Below are positions 9,581 to 18,550 of a DNA stretch of 20,000 bases, one piece after another (position 1 is the stretch's first letter; each line of letters opens with the position of its first letter). The stretch is from Chiloscyllium plagiosum (lineage: Eukaryota). Location of the stretch: assembly GCF_004010195.1 (NCBI RefSeq), contig NC_057750.1:16805034-16825033 (forward strand). The letters run 5' to 3'. The notes under the pieces were generated by a model. That model was given only the letters and a program-made list of their open reading frames with translations. It did no database searches and was not told where the DNA came from. The position numbers were made by a program, and so were the translations under genes.

Positions 9581-9730
9581 GTGATGTCATCCAAGCGACA
9601 GCACCTCCAACAGCGCAGCTCACTCTCAGCACTGCAATGGGAGGCTCAGTCTGGATTCTGAAAGCCACTGGAATGGGACTTGAGCCAACAACATTCTGAC
9701 ACGAGGACTACAAACTAAACAACTGCTGAT
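9581..9730 (-). mobile_element. DeuSINE (SacSINE1/AmnSINE-like) 5' half
   Basis: GCACCTCCAACAGCGCAGC..CTCAGCACTGCA and GGGACTTGAGCC (reverse B box) match the recalled shark DeuSINE head. Confidence 0.6.
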
Positions 9731-9825
9731 TGAAATGCAATACTGCCTAATGATTGAATTGTGGGCGTTCCAACTCTCTCACCCCAGTATCTTACCACAA
9801 AGTTATTCCCTGAGCCGTGCAATGG

Positions 9826-10131
9826 CACAGTTCCATCAGAGTCTCTAAAGAGGTCCTTCAACTCAAAGCATTCACTCTGTTTCTCTCTTTACAGAGCTGA
9901 AAAATGTGGTGCTGGAAAAGCGCAGCAGGTCAGGCAGCATCCAAGGAGCAGGAGAATCGACGTTTCAGGCATAAGCCCTTCTTCCTGCTCCTTGGATGCT
10001 GCCTGACCTGCTGCCCTTTTCCAGCACCACATTTTTCAGCTCTCATCTCCAGCATCTGCACTTTCTCTCTTTACAGATGCTGCCAGATCTGCTGAGTTTC
10101 TCTGGCAGATTTCTTTCTGTTCTTACTTCAG
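9826..10131 (+). mobile_element. Old PLE-type 3' terminal remnant (third family), split by the 9896-10061 insert
   Basis: Rejoined it reads ACTCTGTTTCTCTCTTTACAGA|TGCTGCCAGATCTGCTGAGTTTCTC..., a typical shark PLE 3'-end motif. Confidence 0.55.
9896..10061. mobile_element. Palindromic PLE family-1 terminal-repeat insert with 16-bp flanking duplication
   Basis: 9893-9953 vs 9983-10043 are inverted and 60/61 identical. TTTCTCTCTTTACAGA occurs at 9880-9895 and 10062-10077. Confidence 0.88.
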
Positions 10132-10596
10132 AGGTTCTCCAAGAACCCTTGGATTCTGGAGAGGTAGCAGAGGATTTGAAAACTGTTAATGTGATACCCC
10201 ATTCATAAAAAAAGACAAAAGTACAGGTCACTGGAGGCCGATGAACCTATTGTTGCATAAGTGTTGGAATCAATTATTAATGAAGTAATAGCAACATCAG
10301 GAACTAATCAATACAGAATAGTAAGGCTTCATGGAAGGGAAGTCATGCCTGACTAATTTATTTTAGAGTTTTTTTTGAGGAAGTCTCAACCAGCATGGAT
10401 AGAAGGGCATCAGTAGATGTGATGTGCTTGGAATTTTAGAAGGCACTCAACAAGGTACCTCACAAAAGGTTAAGTCGTAAGATAAGAGCCCACGGTATTG
10501 GAGGGAGCATATTGGCATGGATGGAGGATTTCCTAACGGGCAGGAACCAGCGAGTGGGGAAAGGGATTCTGTCTCAGGTCGGTGACCAGTGGGGTT

Positions 10597-10812
10597 TTAG
10601 ATTAGATTAAGTTAGATTACTACAGTGTGGAAACAGGCCCTTCGGCCCAACAAGTCCACACCGACCCTCCGCAGAGCAACCCACCCAGGCCCATTCCCCT
10701 ACACCTAACTCTACGGGTAATTTAGCATGGCCAATTCACCTGACCTGCACATCTTTTGGACTCTGGGAGGAAACCGGAGCACCTGGAGGAAACCCACGCA
10801 GACACGGGGAGA
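10597..10812 (-). mobile_element. 5'-truncated HE1-like SINE with (TTAGA)n tail
   Basis: Reverse V-domain (GGAAACCCACGCAGACACGGGGAGA) and tail GGAAACAGGCCCTTCGGCCCAAC. Short GGGTT duplication at 10592-10596 and 10817-10821. Confidence 0.88.
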
Positions 10813-10871
10813 CACAGGGTTCCATAGGGATCAGTGCTGGAGCCACGACTGATTACAATAATCGATGGATA

Positions 10872-11000
10872 TGATTTGGAGATGCTGGTGTTGGACTGGG
10901 GTGTACAAAGTTAAAAATCACACAACACCAGGTTATAATCCAACAAGGTTTAATTGGAAGCACTAGCTTTTGGAGTGCTGTCCCTTCATTAGATGGTTGT
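10872..11000 (-). mobile_element. Solo PLE family-2 terminal repeat with degenerate hammerhead
   Basis: Homologous to 5930-6023. Core mutated to CTAATGA and AAAAGCTA. Confidence 0.85.
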
Positions 11001-11896
11001 CTCCACATTGATGGAGGAAGTGAAAATATCATCAAATTTGCAGACGTTACAAAAAAAATGTGGAAACACAGATGGCGAAAGGGAGACAAACAGTAATTGG
11101 GCAAAATGTTAGCAAATGGAGTATAATGTGGGAAAATGTGAAATTGTTCACTTTGGAAAGGAGAACTAAAGAACAGAATATTAGTTAAATGGGAAAATTT
11201 TCAGTAAGTTGCAGCAAAACCGGACTTGGGATCCTTGTATGTTAAACACAGAAAGCTAGCTCACTAGAACAGCAAATATGCTAATGGAATGTTGGCCCTT
11301 ATTTCAAGGGGCGTTGGAATAAAAAAGTAGGGAAATCTTATTGCAACTGCACAAAGTGTTGGTGAGATCACATGTGGAGTACTGGGGGGGCAGTTCTGTT
11401 TCCCTTATTTAGGTGGAGGCAGTGTGGAGGAGGCTGGCCTGGTTTGGAGAGATTGTCTTAAGAGCAGGGTGGGAGTCCACTCACTGGGGTTTAGAGGAAT
11501 GAGAGGTGACCTCATTGAAACCTATCAGATTCTTAAGGGGCTTCACACGGTAAATGCTGAGAGGATGTTTCCCCTCATGGAAGAGTCTAGGACCTGAGGA
11601 TATTGTCTCAAAATAAAAGGGTGTCAATTTAAGACTGATATAAGGAGGAATTTCCTCTCTCAGCGAGTTGAGAGTCTCTGTAATTTCTTACTACAGGGGA
11701 AGAGTCCTTGTATACTTAGGCTGAGGTACATATATTCATAATCAGTTGGGGAATCAAATGTTACAGGGAAAGGGCAGGAAAGTGGACAGGAGGGATGTCG
11801 GATTAGCCTTGATCCTATTGAATGGCAGAGCAGGGTTGAAGGGCCGAATGGCTTCTTCCCTGTTCCTATTTCTTGTGGTCTGATGGTTCATAGTGC

Positions 11897-12548
11897 TGTG
11901 AGTATGTTTGTGTGTATAGGTTTGGATGTGTGTCATTGTATATGAGATTATGTCAGTATGTCTGTGTGTGTTTGAGAATAATGTGTCAGTGAGTACATGT
12001 GAGTGTGAGGGTATGTCAAGAGTGTGTGAGAATGTAGGTGAAGGGTGAGTGATTGTGGGTGTGTGAGAGAGCGTGCGTTTGAGTGGATGTATGTGTTTGA
12101 GTGTGTGTGCATTTGAGTGAGAGAGTGTTTGAGTGAGTGTATGTGAGACAGAGCATGTATTTCAGTGACTGCGTGTTTGAGTAAGTGAGTGATAGTGTGC
12201 TTGAGCGAGTGAGTGTGTGTTTCAGTAAGTGCATGTTTTAGTGAGTGACAGCATGTTTGAGTGAGTGCGTGATTGAGTGAGTGTTTGAGTGAATGAATAT
12301 GTGTTTGATTGAGTTTGTGTTTAAGTGAGTGAGCGCATGATTGAGTGAGTGCATGTTTGAGTGAGTGTGTGTTTGAGTGAGTGTATGTTTGAATGAGCAC
12401 ATGTTTGAGTGAGTGCGTGTTCGAGTGAGTGTGTGTTTGAATGAGCGCATTTTTGAGTGAGTGAGTGCATGATTGAGTGAGTGCGTGTTTGAGTGAGTAT
12501 GTGATTGAGTGAGTGTGTGATTGAATGAGTGTGTGTTTGAGTGAGAGT
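11897..12548. repeat. Complex TG/GTGA-rich low-complexity tandem repeat
   Basis: Recurrent ~18-22-bp units such as GCATGTTTGAGTGAGTGT; these generate the H/T/S-rich spurious ORFs. Confidence 0.9.
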
Positions 12549-13103
12549 CACAGTGAGATAATCACTTGTGACTTTCTTTCTCTCCATTACCTAATGCTTG
12601 GCCTCTGATAGATTTTAAGTTCTGAATAATATACACTCCTTCACTTTATTCATGTCAGTCGTATATATTGAGAACTCTGGGAAAAGGTACTAAAACCAGG
12701 TGGAAGTTTATGAGAGGGCAGAGGAGCTGAGCATGAGTTCAGGATTTGAGATAAGTTGTCAATTTGCCAGGATTTCAGTGAATATTGTGAACCACTACTT
12801 CCTGTCAGTAAATGCTAATGTTCCTGGACTGGGCAACTTTGATAAGAATCTCTTGTTTCGTTTCAGTCAGAAAACCATGAGAGTCATTTTCTGGAAATTC
12901 CCAAATTTGACATCTCAGTTTGATAATCAAAACTAGAATCTATGACCCTCCTGCCTGTAACATGAAGGAATGTTATCCACCATTTTCACTGGACTGTATC
13001 TGTCTCAGCTTTGCATTACAAGATAAGTGAGTAAAATGTTGTCAAGGAGAATACTGAGATACAGGCTACTAGACTAGACGGGATTGAGGTTCTTAGGGAG
13101 GAG

Positions 13104-14040
13104 GTGTTAGCAATTCTGGAAAGTATGAAAATAGATAAATCCCCTGGGCCAGATGGGATTTATCCTAGGATTCACTGGGAAGCCAGGGAGGAGATTGCCA
13201 ATCCTTTGGCTTTGATCTTTATGTCGTCATTGTCTACAGGAATAGTGTCAGAAGTCTGGAGGATAGCAAATGTTATCCCCTTGTTCAAGAAAGGGAATAG
13301 AGACAACCCTGGTAATTATAGACCACTGAGTCTTACTTTGGTTGTGGGTAAAGTGTTGGAAAGGATTATCAAAGATAAGATGTATAATCATCTCGAAAGG
13401 AATAAATTGATGAGGGATAGTCAACACAGTTTTGTGAAGGGTAGGTCGTGCCTCACAAACCTTACTGGGTTCTTTGAGAAAGTGACCAAACAGGTGGATG
13501 AGGGTAAAATTGTTGATGTGGTGTAAAGCATTTGATAAGGTTCCCCACGGTAGGCTATTGAACAAAATACAGAGGCATGGGATTGAGGGTGATTTAGAGG
13601 TTTGGATCAGAAATTGGCTAGCTGAAAAAAGACAGAAAGTGGTGGTTGATGGGAAATGTTCATCCTGGAGTTCAGCCACTAGTGGTGTACCGCAAGGATC
13701 TGTTTTGAGGCCACTGCTGTTTGTCATTTTTATCAAAGACCTGGATGAGGGCAGAGAAGGATGGGTTAGTAAATTTGCTGATGACACGAAGGTCAGCGGA
13801 GTTGTGGACTGTGCAGAAAGATGTTGCAGGTTAGAGAGGGACATCGATAAGCTGCAGAGCTGGGCTGAGAGGTGGCAAATGGAGTTTAATGCGGAAAAGT
13901 GTGAGGTGATTCAATTTGAAAGGAGTAACAGGAATAAAGAGTACTGGGCTAATGGTAAGATTCTTGGTAGTATGGATGAGCAGAGAGATCTCGGTGTCCA
14001 TGTACATAGATCCCTGAAAGTTGCCTCCCAGGTTAATAGG
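13104..14040 (+). pseudogene. CR1 ORF2 reverse transcriptase domain, frameshifted
   Basis: KSPGPDGIYPR, NPGNYRPLSLT, GRSCLTNL, KAFDKVPHGRL, SGVPQGSVL and KFADDTK motifs. Deletion/frameshift near 13524 removes the YxDF motif. Confidence 0.92.
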
Positions 14041-14959
14041 GTGGCAGGCAGATGGAGTTTAATTCAGATAAATGCGAGGTGCTGCATTTTGGGAAAGCAA
14101 ATCTTGGGAAAGCAAACCTTTATGCTAAGGTCCTGGGGAGTGCTGCTAAACAAAGAGACCTTGGGGTGCAGGTTCATAGGTCCCTGAAATTGGAGTCGCA
14201 GGTAGATAGGATAGTGAAGAAGGTGTTTGGTGTGCTTTCCTTTATTGGTCAGAGTATTGAGTACAGGAGTTGGGAGGTCATGTTGCATTGGTTAGGACAT
14301 TGGTTAGGATTAGAGGAGCAAAGGTCTTATGAAGAAAGGCTGAGAGACTTGAGGCTGTTTTCATTAGACATTAGACATTAGACATTAGACATTAGACATT
14401 AGTACAGGACATTGGTTAGAACACTGTTGGAATATTGCATGCAATTCTGGTCTCCTTCCTATTGGAAAGATGTTGTGAAACTTGAACAAGTTCAGAAAGG
14501 ATGTTGCCAGGGTTGGAAGATTTGAGCTATAGAGAGAGGTTGAATAGGCTGGGGCTGTTTCCCCTGGAGCATCGGAGGCTGAGGGGTGACCTTACAAAGG
14601 TTTATAAAATCATGAATAGGATAAATAGACGATGTCTCTTCTCTGGGGTGGGGTGTCCAGAACTAGGGGGCATAGGTTTAGGGTGAGAGGCGAAAGATAT
14701 GAATGAGACCTGAGAGGCAATTTTTGCCACATAGAGGGTGGTACATGTTTGGAATGAGCTGTAAGAGGAAGTGGTGGAGGCTGGTACAATTGCAACATTT
14801 AAGAGGCATTTGGATGGGTATATGAATAGGAAGGGTTTGGAGGGATATGGACCGGGTGCTGGCAGGTGGGACTAGACTGGGTTGGAATATCTGGTTGGCA
14901 TGGGTGAGTTGGACTGAAGGGTCTGTTTCCATGCTGTACATCTCTATGACTCTATGACT
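14041..14959 (+). mobile_element. CR1 (HER1-like) LINE copy B nested in copy A
   Basis: Restarts at QMEFNSDKCEVLHFG, duplicating a region already encoded by A at ~13872. Ends in CTCTATGACTCTATGACT. A is collinear across it. Confidence 0.92.
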
Positions 14960-15799
14960 AATAAGAAGGCATACGGTGTGTTAGCTTTTATTGGGAGAGG
15001 GATTGAGTTTCAGACCACGAGGTCATGCTGCAGCTATACAAACTCTGATGCGGCCGCACTTGGAGTACTGCGTACATTTCTGGTCACCGCATTATAGGAA
15101 GGATGTGGAAGCTTTGGAAAGGGTTCAGAGGAGATTTATTAGGATGTTGCCTGAAAAGGAGCAAAGGTCTTATGAAGAAAGGCTGAGGGACTTGAGGCTG
15201 TTTTCATTAGAGAAGAAGATTGAGAGTTTTTTTAATAGAGACACACAAGATGTTCACAGGATTAGTTGGGGTGGTCAGTAACAGCCTTTTTCCTCAAATG
15301 GCGATGGCTAGCAAGAGGGAATGTAGCTTTAAATTGAGGGGTGATAGATATAGGACAGATGTCAGAGATAGTTTCTTTATTCAGAAAGTAGTAAAGGTGT
15401 GGAACACACTGACTGCAACAGTAGAAGACTCACCAACTTTAAGAACATTTAAATGGTCATTGGATAAACATATTGATGAAAATGGAATAGTGTAGGTTAA
15501 ATGGGCTTCAGATTGGTTTCATAGGATGGCACACCATTAAGGGCCGAAGGGCCTGTACTGCGCTGTAATGTTCTGTGTTCTATGTGCTAATCAGCAGAGA
15601 CTAGTGACATTTATTTTGAAACACAGTACTGAGTGTTGGTCAGTGAACCTTGGAGCATCACAACCATTGAAGCAGTTGTGATCCCCACCGCTCAATTTTC
15701 CTTCCAGAAATCCAGGCCAGTCTGCAGGTGGGAGAGAACTTGAATCCAAATGGCTTGCATTTTGCTTAGCTCCATCATAACTCCTCAGGTACTAAAGTA

Positions 15800-16580
15800 G
15801 TCTGTGTCCAAAAGACCTGGACAATAGACAGGCTTGGGCAGAAAAGTAGCAAATAACATTCATGCCACCCAAGACAATGGGTCATAGAGTAATAGAGATA
15901 TACAGCATGGAAACAGACCCTTCAGCCCAACCTGTCCATGCCGACCAGATATTTCTAGCTATTCTAGTCCCACCTGCCAGCACCTGGCCCATATCCCTCT
16001 AAATCCTTCCTATTCATATACCCATCCAGATGCCTTTTAAATGTTGCAATTGTACCAACCTCCACTACTTCCTCTGGCAGCTCATTCTGTACATACACCA
16101 TCGCCAACAAGAGAGAATATAACATCGCCCTTTTACATTGAAAGTCTTGCCCATTGCCAAATCACTATTATACACATTCTGAGGTTGACTGTTAACCCAA
16201 AACTGAACTGGACTAGCTGTATAAATACTGTGGCTCCAAATTCGTGAGAGGCTAGGAATCCTGCATTGAGTAACTCATCTTCTGACTCCCCAAAGCATGT
16301 CCACCATGTACGAGGCTCAAGTCGGGAGGGTGATGGAATATTCCCCAGTTTCCTGGATTAGAGCAGTTCCAAAAACACTCTCATCCTGGACAAAGTAACC
16401 CACTTGCTTGGCTTCATTTCCACCCCCATCAACATTGACTCTCTCTCCCTCTGACACACACAGAGAGCAGTGTGTACTATGTCGAAGATGGACTGCAGCA
16501 ACTCAGCAAGGCCCCTTTGACAGCAACTTTCAGACATTCCACTTCCAACGTTGCAGGGATAATATGTGTGTGACAATACC
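15800..16580 (+). mobile_element. Decayed CR1/L2-superclade LINE fragment, split by 15883-16096
   Basis: QKDLDNRQAWAEK*QITF, then KLNWTSCINTVA and STMYEAQVGRVMEYSPVSW. Confidence 0.8.
15883..16096 (-). mobile_element. CR1 (HER1-like) 3' end, same family as copy B
   Basis: Reverse-complement homolog of ~14740-14957 including the tail. Confidence 0.9.
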
Positions 16581-16603
16581 ATTGCCATTAATTTCCTCAC
16601 CAC

Positions 16604-16703
16604 TCAAACATACACATGCATGCACACAGAGACACACACACACACACAAATACACACACACAAATACACACACAGACACGCACGTGCGCACACACACAGA
16701 CAC
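16604..16703. repeat. Imperfect (CA)n microsatellite
   Basis: Visible CA/CACAGA runs. Confidence 0.9.
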
Positions 16704-16934
16704 AATCTTAGCTTTATTACTGGGATAGGATCCTGGAGTGAGCACCTCAGCAGTAGGATAGCACACAGACACAAGAGTTCAGGGAGAAGGGACTTCACAC
16801 ACACGGACAGACAAGAAATGCCCACCTTGCCAGTGGTACCCTTATCTAAAACATTAAAAAACACCTAAAAACTGTTCACATTCTGTAAGTTTGTAAAATG
16901 CCATTTGATAGCACTGGCAATAACACAAACATCA

Positions 16935-17290
16935 AAACTGGGGCAGGCCCATTCAGCCTATTCCTCCATTCAATCAGATCCAGGCCTGGTCAGATTGTTA
17001 CACAGCCCTTTCACCCTGCTGCTTATTGACAATCTTACTAGCTGTGTCTTTAAAAATCTTCAAGGACTCTGCTTCCACTGCTCTCTGAGTAAGTTCCAAA
17101 GACCCACGACCCTCAGTGAGAAAAGACTTCTCATCTCTATCTTAAGTGGACTTCTTTCTATGAGGAAACAGAGACCTCTAAGTTTTAGATTCTCCCACAG
17201 AAGGAAACCTCTCCCTCACGTGCTGCTTGTCGAGATTAGATTGGGTCATGGGCACTTTCTGTGATTCTTTTGACGATCGAGAGTAATTTG
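16935..17290 (-). mobile_element. Old CR1 3' end remnant
   Basis: GCAGGCCCATTCAGCC (reverse 3' motif) and TTCCAAAGACCCACGACCCTCAGTGAGAAAAG (reverse of the F.LRVV.LWN motif). Confidence 0.65.
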
Positions 17291-17317
17291 AGGGACTCAG
17301 TAATTTGCAGGGTCAGA

Positions 17318-17720
17318 TCATAGATCATAGAATCCCTACAGAGTGGAAACAGGCCCTTTGGCCCATTAAATCCACACCAATCCTCCAAAGAGTATCCCAC
17401 ACAGACCCATTCCCCAACCCCATTACTCGACATTTTGCCCCTGGCTAATGCACCTAACCTACACACCCCTGAACATGACAGGCAATTTAGCATGGTCAGT
17501 TCACTTAATCTGCACATTTTTGTATTGTGGAAGGAAACCCAAGCAGACATGGGGAGAACGTGCAAACTCCACAGAGACAGTTGCCCAAGGCTGGAGGGTC
17601 AGATCATAGAATCCCTACAGAGTGGAAACAGGCCCTTTGGCCCATTAAGTCCACACCAATCCTCACAGCCCCTTACGCTGTGAGGCAGCAGTGCTAACCA
17701 CTGAGCCACCATGCTGTCCC
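17318..17720 (-). mobile_element. HE1-like V-SINE with B-box region replaced by a copy of its own tail and flank
   Basis: Head GGGACAGCATGGTGGCTCAGTGGTTAGCACTGCTGCCTCACAGCG from 17720 downward, V-domain at ~17530-17580 and tail at 17318-17400. Confidence 0.9.
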
Positions 17721-17738
17721 TAAAACCAGCATAGCTCT

Positions 17739-17811
17739 CGAGCCAGGTAGGAGTTGAACCGACAATCTTTTGATCTGTCGTTCAGTGTGTTGCCCATTGG
17801 GTCACGGGCCC
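17739..17811 (-). pseudogene. Decayed tRNA-Arg(ACG)-like gene
   Basis: 73-nt minus strand GGGCCCGTGACCCAATGGGCAACACACTGAACGACAGATCAAAAGATTGTCGGTTCAACTCCTACCTGGCTCG. It aligns end to end with vertebrate tRNA-Arg-ACG (GGGCCAGTGGCGCAATGG...GATCAGAAGATTCTAGGTTCGACTCCTGGCTGGCTCG). Stems and anticodon arm are damaged and there is no CCA. Confidence 0.8.
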
Positions 17812-17859
17812 TGTCCATCCTGCGTTTTGTGGACAGGATGGGACAGTTTTCCATATTGT

Positions 17860-18000
17860 CAGGCAGATGGCCTCACTGAAAGGCTGCTTCCTCTGACAGT
17901 GCACTCGGAGGATCAGCTAAAGGACGCGTTGAGTGGATCTTGGACCCTGAATGTTGCGGGACCAAGGTCTCATGTTAACACCAGCTGTATCTCTGAGAGC
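17860..18000 (-). mobile_element. Highly decayed DeuSINE 5' remnant
   Basis: CTGAAAGGCTGCTTCCTCTGACAGTGCAC resembles the head segment at 9581-9730. Confidence 0.35.
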
Positions 18001-18261
18001 GCCTCCTTCAGATGGACTCACGGCCTTGCAACAGTTAAAGCCACAGAGCTACCCACAGTGCTGCACTTCACCAGGGGCTACTAAGCAGTAACTCTTCCAC
18101 CACCAGTAAACTTCCCAGTTTGATGGAGACCAACTGTCCTCTTCCATCTTTTCCTTCCGGAACAAGTCTGCTACTGCCAACTCTCTGTGCCGGATTGTTC
18201 CATGCCAGTAACCTACTCCACTCGAGGGAAGGAAAACTCTCCCAAAAATAACACAGCTTAC

Positions 18262-18315
18262 CCTCTCAACCTTTTGGCACTGAATTGGCCAATCCGATCT
18301 CTCAAGTGGATGTGT
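18262..18315 (-). CDS. Candidate 54-bp internal exon (overlaps antisense DeuSINE remnant)
   Basis: Minus strand: cttgtcttgtcaacag|ACACATCC...TTGAGAGG|gtaagc. Two open frames (THPLERSDWPIQCQKVER or HIHLRDRIGQFSAKRLR). No recognised homology. Confidence 0.2.
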
Positions 18316-18525
18316 CTGTTGACAAGACAAGCCAGTTGTTCTCAGTGCCCTGGTCAGTATTTAATTCACAAATTAATGTCCTGTCATTGCCATATAGGAG
18401 CTTGCTGTGCACAAATTGGCGGCTGTGGTCTCAACATCACAACAGCAACTAGATTTTGACAGTATTTAAATCGGTGCGAACTGTTTTGGAGAGTCCTGAT
18501 GAGAGACAAATCGGATTATTTTCCT
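18285..18525 (+). mobile_element. DeuSINE (SacSINE1/AmnSINE-like) Deu domain and tail
   Basis: CTCTCAAGTGGATGT, CCTGGTCAGTATTTA and GGAGCTTGCTGTGCACAAATTGGC...CATCACAACAG match the recalled Deu-domain motifs. Confidence 0.7.
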
Positions 18526-18550
18526 TCCCTTCTTTCTTTCCTTTCTGTCT

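Larger units (their letters stand above)
10132..11888 (+). mobile_element. Old decayed CR1 LINE (RT to 3' UTR) with two nested inserts
   Basis: Fragments QEPLDSGEVAEDLKTVNVIP, GFMEGKSCLTNL, KVPHKRL, GSVL and KFADVTK. 3' end GGGCCGAATGGCTTCTTCCCTGTTCCTAT. Confidence 0.88.
13033..15585 (+). mobile_element. CR1 LINE copy A, 5'-truncated, split by nested CR1 copy B
   Basis: RT ORFs 13104-13526 and 13498-14040. A resumes at 14960 (KKAYGVLAFIGRGIEF; RPHLEYCVHFWSPHYRKDV). Tail TGTTCTGTGTTCTATGT. Confidence 0.95.

Noticed and set aside
11754..12587. His/Thr/Ser-rich ORFs
   Set aside because: Translations of the TG/GTGA simple repeat.
12700..12936. 78-aa ORF in non-repeat sequence
   Set aside because: GTG start, no recognisable motif and no convincing splice sites.
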